64,000 nt of DNA from Flavobacteriales bacterium (lineage in GTDB: Bacteria > Bacteroidota > Bacteroidia > Flavobacteriales_D > Sanyastnellaceae), in assembly GCA_022428205.1 (NCBI GenBank), contig JAKMCW010000068.1:473-64472 (forward strand). Direction: 5' to 3'. The notes below the pieces were generated by a model. That model saw only the letters and a list, made by a program, of their open reading frames with translations, made no database searches and had not been told where the DNA came from. Positions 52,829 through 60,845 of the stretch are shown here, in pieces; position 1 is the first letter of the stretch; each line of letters begins with the position of its first letter. A program made the translations under genes and the position numbers.

Positions 52829-53353
52829 ATGACCAGCGCCCCTACCACCCTGCCCAATCAAATCGACCAGATGTGGGCCGATCGCCTGACACCAGCCCTC
52901 AATGCACTGTTGGCTGATTTTGAAGTCTTTAGGTTTAATCTGCGCGGGGCATTGTGGAATGGCTGGGGCGAGCAATTCACTGTCATGGTCGATGTACTGC
53001 CCAAGTACATCGGGCATGCCGAGGGCGCAGTCAGCGCGCTCGGTCGCAGGGTGCGTTGCCTCGAAGGCCACCCTCCCAGTACGATGGAAGCCATGATGGA
53101 GCTAGCACAGCTTCGTGCACACGATGGCACCTTTCACCACAGGGCTTGCATGCGTATGATCAGGGAGTCACTGTCTCACATGTTGAGGGCTGAGCGGGAA
53201 GTCCTGACCTCCGCACAACACGCAGGCGACGAAGTCACCGCGCAGTGCATCTCACAAATGATGGAGTTCCAAGAAGAAGCCCTTTGGCATTTGCGGTCTT
53301 CCTTGCGCCGAAGCGCATTCGAGTCCAATTACCTCCAGGGCGACCCTGTCTGA
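52829..53353 (+). CDS. Dps/ferritin-like four-helix-bundle protein with degenerate ferroxidase residues
   Basis: LNALLADFEVFRFNLRGALWNGWGEQF...HAEGAVSALG aligns by eye with Dps helices A/B. The positions of the conserved His/His/Asp appear substituted. Confidence 0.55.
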   Translation: MTSAPTTLPNQIDQMWADRLTPALNALLADFEVFRFNLRGALWNGWGEQFTVMVDVLPKYIGHAEGAVSALGRRVRCLEGHPPSTMEAMMELAQLRAHDGTFHHRACMRMIRESLSHMLRAEREVLTSAQHAGDEVTAQCISQMMEFQEEALWHLRSSLRRSAFESNYLQGDPV

Positions 53354-53357
53354 TGGG

Positions 53358-56300
53358 TTAGCGCAGGATCATCAGCTGGCCCGCGTGCTCTTCGCCTTCT
53401 GGCAATTGCAACACGAAATAATGGGTGCCGTCGGCAGCACCTTCTCCTGACCAATCGTTGTCATAGCCCTCAGCTTCGTACACCACCGCACCATTTCGGT
53501 TGTACACGGTCAAGAAGTTGTCAGGGTACAACTCGATGTACTTGAACACCAAGCGGTCGTTCTTGCCATCTCCATTGGGTGTGAAGATGTTGACCAACTC
53601 GACCGCACAGGATAGGATTTCCAGCACGTGGGAGTCCGTATCGCCACAAAGTCCTTCGAGAACATGATTGACCGTCACCGTACCTACGCCAGCGGCCTCC
53701 AAGTCCAACAGACCCGTCACGGGATCTATGCACTCATTGCCCGATGCACTGCTCGCACTCCACACACCATCGGCCCAAATCGACCCCAACTGCCACTCCT
53801 CTACCCCGATGCACAACTCATCGTTGGGCACATCGACCAGAATCGCAGCGTCACGTTGCGGCACCACGGTGACTTGCACGGCATCGACATCCGAACAGAC
53901 ATCCGTAATGGTGTAAGTGATCGTGTAGTTGCCTGCACCAATGCCGGGATCAAAGCTGCCAGCTGGGGTAATGCAATTGCCACACGAAGCTGTCCAAGTA
54001 CCCCCTCCATCGGCCGCACCAAAGACCTCAGTACCCGATGATTCACAAAGGTCTGGAATGGCATCAATCGAAGCATCTACAGCAGGCGCCACCAGAATCT
54101 CAATCGAAGCTCCTGTACTGCAACCCACTGGGTCATTGTAGGCGATGGAGACCGTATGCGTGCCTTCTCCAGCATCGCCTGGATCGAAGACACCATTGCT
54201 GCTGAGGCAGCCGCCGCAGTCGCTCGTCCACACCAGATTGGGCACATCCGACCAGACAGCCTCGGCACTCAAGTCCACATCTGAATTCAATGCCCCTCCG
54301 GAGCTATTGACACAGAATGGATCTTCCTCTTGGAGTGTGACGCTCAAAATGGGCAATACCTCCAGCGAGAACGAGGCGGAATTCGTGCAAGCCCCATTCT
54401 CCACTTGGTAATTCAAAACATTCACACCGAGCGGTGCAGCTCCAGGGTCGAAACTGGCTCCGTTCAAGCCTGCGCCGGATGCTGTCCATGTCCCGCCAGG
54501 AACGTCTGCCTCGAGGCTGAGCGCGGTGGCATCCACGCATACCACGTCGGGGACGTTCGAAGAACCAATGGGCAAACTCTCATCTACCGTAACCGTCGCC
54601 TCACTCTCAACACCACAGCCCGCACCGGGCAAGAAACTCACTGCATACGCACCTGGCCCCGGGGGCGTGAAGGCCCCAGAGTTTTGAATGCAACCGCCAC
54701 AATCAGCGGTCCAAGTACCTGCTAAACCGTCTCCATCCAATTGGATGCTGCCTACAGACTCGCAATAATTGACATCCTCCAATGAGGCGGCCACCTCCTC
54801 TCCTACATTGACCGCAACCGTACCTGTGGAGGTACACAACGTGCCAAAGGTGTAAGAGGCCGTGTAGGCACCAGCACCCGTTGATGGATCAAACAAACCG
54901 TCCGGAGAAACACAACCGCCGCAGTCAGCTTCCCAGTTGCCCCCAGCAGGGGTTGCCACCAGCTGCACAGGGTCAGCAAAAGGGCACAACCCACCAACAC
55001 TACCGGTGTTGATGTTTGGCGTCAAGCCGACCTGTATTTCCTCAACCTCAGTGACCTCTCCACAATCACCGAGCAAGGTGTAGCTCACCTCCAAGATGCC
55101 CGGTGGCGTCTGGCTTGGATCGATGGTTCCACCCTGATCAAGACAGCCCACACAATCTGCAGCCCACGTGCCTCCAGGTGCATCCGGAGCGAGCGTCACC
55201 GCTTCATCGCCGCTGCACAAAACGTCGAGTGGATTGCCATCCATGTCGAGGATGGCAAATTGGGCGTTTTGAGACTCGAAGGTGAATTCTACCATAATGG
55301 TGTCCGTCGCCATGAACTGGGACGTATCAGGCTCCTCAGGCTCGAGATTACACAGGTAAAAGAGGGTAACAGACCCCTCGAAATTGACATTCGCACCTGA
55401 ACCACCCCAAGCGTTTTGCACGGTCAATGTCCAATCACCGTCGCCCTCCAGAAGGTTGCCAGGCACCGCGAAGCACGCTTCGTAAAACCCACCAAAAGTG
55501 GTGTTCCAGTTAAAGGGCCAATCTCCGATCAAAACACCAGGCAGGTCGAAACTGAATCCCTCGATGACACCGCATGACCCCGACGGATCACAAATAGACA
55601 TAGACATGTCACCAGGCCAACTTCCGCCAGCTGGTGACCAATTGTTGGTCACCGCAAAGCCGAGCAATTCACCTTCAAAGGGAAAATCAAAGGACCCGGT
55701 CTGGTTGGCACTGAGGTTGAAGTCATACCCCATGACCGTATCACACGCTTCTTCAGGAATAGCGTCACAACTGCCCGCGACAGGAGGAGGAGGCAAAATC
55801 TCCGGGAAATTCGCGCCAATCACAAGCTCGGTGGTCCCTTCAATACACAGCGAAATGCTGTCTCCTTGGCCCACGATTTCATCTCCCAGGAGGTACACCA
55901 ACTGGGTTTGGGTCGCACCATTGGGTGAATACTCAAAGGACTCATTGGAAATCGTGAACTCCCCGGTATCATACTCTGCCGGGCCAAATGCACCTTCACC
56001 AGAACCTCCCTGGATTCCTACACAGGCCGTAATCCCCAAGCAAGACTCGAATTGGCCAATGTGCATTTCAACTTTGTTGGAGGTCTCGTGCAGCACCACT
56101 TGCGTCACCAGCTCATTGGAACCGCATCCCGTTTGCGGCAAGTTCTCCCAGCTAATGACGAACTGTCGGCAAGGGAATTCTCCCAGTGTAGCCGTACGGA
56201 CCTCCCCTCCACTGTTACTGATGTAAGCGTACGGAGCCATGATCGAGTTGGAAGGCAGTGAGCCGGAGCCCAGACTCTGGTTGGGGTAATTGTAAGTGCC

Positions 56301-56681
56301 TGTCAGGTTGGTGTTGAAGGTCAAGAAACCCTTGCGGCTCACTTTGATTTCAAAGAAGTCCGTATCAAAGAAGCTGAATCCAAAGGGCAGGCTAATGTCA
56401 CCTGTGAAACCGTTGGTCGCAGTGGACTGGACCGTTCCACTTCCGACGGCCAATGGTGGCGCATAGGCGATGGAGTCCACGTCGTATCCCGTGGTCTCCG
56501 CAGCACGCTCAAAGTCAGGGGCTACCCAAACACAAGAATCGAGGCACCCGGCGGTGAGACCCTCCGGTCCAGTAAGGAATCCACAATCCGTTTGGGCAGT
56601 CGAGACCAATGAACTTAAGACAAGAACGACCAACAGGCCGAGGCCATGGCCTGGAGCTGCCAAGGACAAGAAATTGCGCAT
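53358..56681 (-). CDS. large adhesin-like protein with gliding-motility-associated (T9SS type-B) C-terminal domain
   Basis: Signal peptide; seven ~70-aa repeats (GGTW.ADCGGC...G.FDP...Y..SY). C-terminal NIFTPNGDGKNDRLVFKYIELYP...VYNRNGAVVYEAEGYDNDWSG...GTHYFVLQL. Confidence 0.85.
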   Translation of the reverse strand: MRNFLSLAAPGHGLGLLVVLVLSSLVSTAQTDCGFLTGPEGLTAGCLDSCVWVAPDFERAAETTGYDVDSIAYAPPLAVGSGTVQSTATNGFTGDISLPFGFSFFDTDFFEIKVSRKGFLTFNTNLTGTYNYPNQSLGSGSLPSNSIMAPYAYISNSGGEVRTATLGEFPCRQFVISWENLPQTGCGSNELVTQVVLHETSNKVEMHIGQFESCLGITACVGIQGGSGEGAFGPAEYDTGEFTISNESFEYSPNGATQTQLVYLLGDEIVGQGDSISLCIEGTTELVIGANFPEILPPPPVAGSCDAIPEEACDTVMGYDFNLSANQTGSFDFPFEGELLGFAVTNNWSPAGGSWPGDMSMSICDPSGSCGVIEGFSFDLPGVLIGDWPFNWNTTFGGFYEACFAVPGNLLEGDGDWTLTVQNAWGGSGANVNFEGSVTLFYLCNLEPEEPDTSQFMATDTIMVEFTFESQNAQFAILDMDGNPLDVLCSGDEAVTLAPDAPGGTWAADCVGCLDQGGTIDPSQTPPGILEVSYTLLGDCGEVTEVEEIQVGLTPNINTGSVGGLCPFADPVQLVATPAGGNWEADCGGCVSPDGLFDPSTGAGAYTASYTFGTLCTSTGTVAVNVGEEVAASLEDVNYCESVGSIQLDGDGLAGTWTADCGGCIQNSGAFTPPGPGAYAVSFLPGAGCGVESEATVTVDESLPIGSSNVPDVVCVDATALSLEADVPGGTWTASGAGLNGASFDPGAAPLGVNVLNYQVENGACTNSASFSLEVLPILSVTLQEEDPFCVNSSGGALNSDVDLSAEAVWSDVPNLVWTSDCGGCLSSNGVFDPGDAGEGTHTVSIAYNDPVGCSTGASIEILVAPAVDASIDAIPDLCESSGTEVFGAADGGGTWTASCGNCITPAGSFDPGIGAGNYTITYTITDVCSDVDAVQVTVVPQRDAAILVDVPNDELCIGVEEWQLGSIWADGVWSASSASGNECIDPVTGLLDLEAAGVGTVTVNHVLEGLCGDTDSHVLEILSCAVELVNIFTPNGDGKNDRLVFKYIELYPDNFLTVYNRNGAVVYEAEGYDNDWSGEGAADGTHYFVLQLPEGEEHAGQLMILR
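53361..53615 (-). other. gliding-motility-associated / T9SS type-B C-terminal domain
   Basis: VNIFTPNGDGKNDRLVFKYIELYPDNFLTVYNRNGAVVYEAEGYDNDWSGEGAADGTHYFVLQLPEGEEHAGQLMILR. Confidence 0.8.
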
Positions 56682-56720
56682 GTCGAAAATTAGGACAAAG
56701 ACAGCTTAATCCACTGACCT

Positions 56721-58892
56721 TCACTCACACGAATCGCCGTACGATGCCAACAACTCAAGAATGTCCCCCACTCCTACTGTACCGTTGCCATCCACATCCC
56801 CTTCGAGGTTGCTCCCCATTTCTCCGAAATCTGACAAGGTCTCCAACAAATCCGTCGCACCCACCACACCATCACCATCAATATCTAAGGGACAGGAAGC
56901 AGGTCCACCGAAGTATCCGGACACCTTGAAAAAAGCCATATCAGCCACCTCTACCCCGAGCTGGCGGCCAGGAAAATCATCCGCTGGCGGATGGATTCCT
57001 CCCCAGATGCGCGACAAGCTACACTGGTCAGAAGCATCGCGATAGGTGGCCCATTGCAAGCTAAAGGTCTGGCTCGGCCCATCTTCAAACACCAAAAACT
57101 GGTTTTGCAGCACTTCAAACTCTCCCATTCCTCCTGGAAAAAATGGGCTGCCCGTCACCGCTGTCAAAATCTCTGCCGCTGCCCGTGAAAATGTGCTGTG
57201 GCCACTGACATATCCAGCAAATGGTGGCGTAACAAAGCTCGGCCTTTGGTAAGGCCACCATTGCTCTGCCAAAATCCAGCCGACCTCGGCTTCGTCCCAA
57301 GTGGGTGAAATGATGGCATCAGGCCCTTGCCAAGCCCACACTTTAATCTTGCCTTCATTGCCTCCTGCAGCCAAGGGATCTCCGGCTTCCACCAGTTCAA
57401 TCCGCCCTTCCACCAGAGGAAGGCCCCCTGGATCATATGAGGGAAGTGAAGCATCACTGCGTTGTCCCAATTCCGCCATGTATCGGATCGCCGACACTGG
57501 ACGGATGTAGTCATACAAACCTTTGTGCGACCAAGCTGAGATGGCCGCATCATGCATCGCTCCACCAAGAGCGAGATAGGCACGAACGGTATACTTCAGG
57601 GGGTCCAAGTCTTCCCCTTCTCCCATCCATTTCGTGTTCGAAGCTGGGTGGTCCATGACACCGTTCAGCAGCACGAACCAGTGCCCTGGAGGCGTTTCAC
57701 TCTCTGGACCATCGGCCCAAAACTCCGCCAAGACACGCGCGTAATCACCACGCGGTACGACGTTCTCAGAATAAGGAGCGCCTGTCGCGGGGTTTTGTAA
57801 ATGGCCCTCACTGAGGTCACCACCTTCCAGCCAATCGTAGAAGGTGTCCATTTCTTCGAAACCATCAGGTCCTGTCGAAGAGAGGTTTCCAAGACTTCCG
57901 GGGCCGATGTCCATCATGACGCCGTCCGAAGGGTGCAAATGGCCACTCCACAGTGCCACCAGAGCAAAGCCCCATGCGTAAGGGTCTGCCAGACCTCCTA
58001 CCTCTTCCCCTTCTCCGAAGTATGGCGGCGCACCACAGTCCATGTAAAGCGGCCAGGTGATTCCGTTTCGTTCAACTTCAGTCAACACGGTATCAGAAAG
58101 CGCAAAAGGAAGAACACTGCCCCATTCTGCACCTTGAAAGTCTGGTGTCTCACTGAGCACATTGCCCGACTGATCAACAAAAACTGGAATGGACAGGGGC
58201 TGCCACGCATTGGGGTCCACCAATCCTGAATTCCCGGAACCTGCCAGCTCCAAATCTGGGTTTACTGAACTGTAATACTGATTGGCATAGTCGGCTGCTT
58301 CATTCGAGCCATCCTGAAGACCAAAGGCAATCAACTGCTCACCAAGATAATTTCCGATGGCAGCAGGCCCTTCTTCGATGTTGACAGACGTGTACCCGGG
58401 GCTGTACCCCAATTCTGCCATGAAATTGGTAAAAGAGAACAACACCTCAAGGCCCCCTGGACTGTTCGTGAACCGGTGGTTCAACAGCCTGAAAACAGCG
58501 TAACTCATGACCGTCTGTACTGCGGCCTTGCGCAGCGCCTCGTCCTCAGGGATATCGATGAGTGAGGTGTCCAAAGGGCACGCGAATCCTTGCCATGTCT
58601 TGCCCAAAAAAACGGTCTCATCCTGCCCATCGTAGAGGGCGTGAGCGTCATACATCGCAATTGAAGTATGGAACAGGTTTCGCGCATGAACGGTAGGCCT
58701 CGCGAAGTCTGCACGGATGGCTTCGAGCAAGAGCTCATTCCACTGCCTGGCCAGCGTTTCTTCCACAGCCTGGCTCCGGGCTTCTGCTGAAGAACCATAC
58801 CGAGTGGTGGGCATGGATGCAACCTGGCAGACGAGGTCCATGGGGACCAGCATCAAAAGGCCTAAAACGACGGAAAAGAAGGCACGCACCAT
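56721..58892 (-). CDS. vanadium-dependent haloperoxidase / PAP2-like secreted enzyme with two dockerin-like repeats at the C-terminus
   Basis: Signal peptide. Motifs KGLYDYIRP (K-x6-RP), YVSGHSTF (SGH) and SRIWGGIHPPADD (SR-x5-H-x3-D). Ends in CPLDIDGDGVVGATDLLETLSDFG...DVDGNGTVGVGDILELLASYGDSCE. Confidence 0.8.
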   Translation of the reverse strand: MVRAFFSVVLGLLMLVPMDLVCQVASMPTTRYGSSAEARSQAVEETLARQWNELLLEAIRADFARPTVHARNLFHTSIAMYDAHALYDGQDETVFLGKTWQGFACPLDTSLIDIPEDEALRKAAVQTVMSYAVFRLLNHRFTNSPGGLEVLFSFTNFMAELGYSPGYTSVNIEEGPAAIGNYLGEQLIAFGLQDGSNEAADYANQYYSSVNPDLELAGSGNSGLVDPNAWQPLSIPVFVDQSGNVLSETPDFQGAEWGSVLPFALSDTVLTEVERNGITWPLYMDCGAPPYFGEGEEVGGLADPYAWGFALVALWSGHLHPSDGVMMDIGPGSLGNLSSTGPDGFEEMDTFYDWLEGGDLSEGHLQNPATGAPYSENVVPRGDYARVLAEFWADGPESETPPGHWFVLLNGVMDHPASNTKWMGEGEDLDPLKYTVRAYLALGGAMHDAAISAWSHKGLYDYIRPVSAIRYMAELGQRSDASLPSYDPGGLPLVEGRIELVEAGDPLAAGGNEGKIKVWAWQGPDAIISPTWDEAEVGWILAEQWWPYQRPSFVTPPFAGYVSGHSTFSRAAAEILTAVTGSPFFPGGMGEFEVLQNQFLVFEDGPSQTFSLQWATYRDASDQCSLSRIWGGIHPPADDFPGRQLGVEVADMAFFKVSGYFGGPASCPLDIDGDGVVGATDLLETLSDFGEMGSNLEGDVDGNGTVGVGDILELLASYGDSCE
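56724..56900 (-). other. Cys-bracketed dockerin-like C-terminal tail (two repeats)
   Basis: ASCPLDIDGDGVVGATDLLETLSDFGEMGSNLEGDVDGNGTVGVGDILELLASYGDSCE-stop. Confidence 0.7.
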
Positions 58893-58996
58893 GGATAATT
58901 AAATATAACAACCCCCAGCTCCACCTCAAGTTCCATATCCCGTCTAATCAGGCAATGGATTTGTATTTGGCGGCCATAAACGCCCCCAGAATGGCA

Positions 58997-59209
58997 TCAG
59001 TCACCCTCCCCCAATTCATCCAATACCTTCTGTACCTCCCCTTCCGCGGTCCTCAAACGATCGCCACAAAATGCAATCAACGCCGCCGCTCGCTTCACTT
59101 TCTCCGCCAATTCATCCACGCCGATCTCATCTTGCTGGAGGCCTTCGAGGATGGCTTTCAATTCTTTGAAGGCTGCATCATAGCCCTCTGGTATATCCTT
59201 TCCGCTCAT
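58997..59209 (-). CDS. xseB: exodeoxyribonuclease VII small subunit
   Basis: 70 aa; YDAAFKELKAILEGLQQDEIGVDELAEKVKRAAALIAFCGDRLRTAEGEV. Start lies 1 nt after the xseA stop. Confidence 0.85.
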   Translation of the reverse strand: MSGKDIPEGYDAAFKELKAILEGLQQDEIGVDELAEKVKRAAALIAFCGDRLRTAEGEVQKVLDELGEGD

Positions 59210-59210
59210 G

Positions 59211-60650
59211 TCAATTGTCCGTTTGTGTAGTAGAATTTGCGACCACAGTGGATTCTACTGTACCGCTTGCGAGGTGGGTCACAATCTGATCTCCCGGTGA
59301 GAGCTCTTCTGCCCTGCGCACAGCCTTTCCATCCTTCCGGGTAATCGAAAAACCCCTCCGCAAGGTGGGCTCTGGCCCCAGCAAAGAAAGGGTCTCCTTG
59401 ATCCCTCCCATCCGCTGCTCATGCTGGCGAATTTGCCGTGTCGATTCCTGCCGGATGCGCTGCTCCACTTCCGCAAGCACCGCTCTTTGTGACAAAGGGA
59501 GACTGGTGGCATGGGCCGCAATACCCGCCCGCATTTGGCCGACGAGCGCCGACTCATCGGACAGTCTGAAACGCGTGCTGCGCACCACGGCATTGGCTCC
59601 GACAAAGAGCTGGCCGCGCAAGCCGCGCAACAAGGCCAGGGGGCGCTCTTGAAAAAAGGTCGCGCATTGTCCAAGCCAACCCTTGTTTTCTGACAGTTGT
59701 GCCCGCGATTCAGCAGCGATGGCCCGACCCTCTCTTCCCACTTGTCCCTCAAAGTCCGCCAGGCGCTCCACAATGAAGTCTGCGACTGCAGTTGGGGTCT
59801 TGCATGCGGTATGTGCGACAACTTCGGCCAAGGTGTTGTCGGTCTCATGTCCCACACCCACAATGACGGGGATTTCCATGGCAGCAATGGTGCGACAAAG
59901 GGTGAGATCATTGAAGACATCCAGGTCCAACTTGGCCCCACCTCCACGCAATAAAATGACAGCGTCCAAGCGTGACCGCAATGCCATACGCCCAGCCTTG
60001 TGCAAAGCATGGACCAGCCCAATGGTAGCGCCTTGGCCCTGCACCGCCGTATCAATCACCCCGATGTCCACTTGATACCCCCAGGCATTCTTGTCAAGGT
60101 GGGCCATGAAGTCCGTAAACCCTGCCGTCCCTGCTGATCCGATGAGGATGACACGCTGGGGCACTACAGCCAATGGAAGTTGGGCATTTCTCCCGACTGC
60201 ACCTTCCTTGCGCAGCGCGGCCAGCGTCGCCTTCCTGCGGCGTTCCATCTCGCCCAACAAGACATCCAAATCAATGTCTTGGATGTTCAATGCGAACCCA
60301 TACACCGCATGAAATGACATGTGGGCACTGAACACAATTTCGCGCCCTGGCTTGAGCACCTCATCAAACTCCTGTCCGAGCGAGCGTCGGATCGCTTCCA
60401 GCCTCCCTGACCAGATGGTGCCCCTCAATTGGGCCATCCTCTTGCCGGATTTTTCCTCCACCAAATCCAGGTAAGCATGCTTCCCTGAAAAACTGCAATG
60501 GCTGATCTCGGCCCGAACCCAAAACAACTTACCCCCGGCTTGCTTGTCCAGCATCTGTCCAACCGCTTCCGTGACCAAACTCAAGGGGTACACCTTGCGC
60601 TCAGGCCCATTGGGCATGGTGGAAGAATGGAGGTCTGTGGTAGAAGTCAT
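59211..60650 (-). CDS. xseA: exodeoxyribonuclease VII large subunit
   Basis: OB-fold N-terminus ...YPLSLVTEAVGQMLDKQAGGKLFWVRAEISHC, catalytic core, helical C-terminus. The start is uncertain: ATG 60671, 60650 or 60617 (the track start at 60737 is GTG). Confidence 0.9.
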   Translation of the reverse strand: MTSTTDLHSSTMPNGPERKVYPLSLVTEAVGQMLDKQAGGKLFWVRAEISHCSFSGKHAYLDLVEEKSGKRMAQLRGTIWSGRLEAIRRSLGQEFDEVLKPGREIVFSAHMSFHAVYGFALNIQDIDLDVLLGEMERRRKATLAALRKEGAVGRNAQLPLAVVPQRVILIGSAGTAGFTDFMAHLDKNAWGYQVDIGVIDTAVQGQGATIGLVHALHKAGRMALRSRLDAVILLRGGGAKLDLDVFNDLTLCRTIAAMEIPVIVGVGHETDNTLAEVVAHTACKTPTAVADFIVERLADFEGQVGREGRAIAAESRAQLSENKGWLGQCATFFQERPLALLRGLRGQLFVGANAVVRSTRFRLSDESALVGQMRAGIAAHATSLPLSQRAVLAEVEQRIRQESTRQIRQHEQRMGGIKETLSLLGPEPTLRRGFSITRKDGKAVRRAEELSPGDQIVTHLASGTVESTVVANSTTQTDN

Positions 60651-60791
60651 GGACACCGGAAACTTACCCATAAATGAGCGTCCTAAGGCATATCCGAGAA
60701 GACCTCTTTTGCCCAGCTCTAAGGAGCCAATCTGCACGGCGGTATGCCATCATGACCGGACCTTTCATGTCACCAAATTCCACCAAAAGCA

Positions 60792-60819
60792 GAAGGCCGC
60801 CCCTTCCGGGACGGCCTTC
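60792..60819 (-). terminator. terminator-like hairpin downstream of the paralogous adhesin gene
   Basis: GAAGGCCGcCC-CTTC-CGGgaCGGCCTTC (one mismatch). On the minus strand it is followed by TTTT. Confidence 0.55.
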
Positions 60820-60845
60820 CAAATTCAGTGTTCCTCAGCGGGAGA

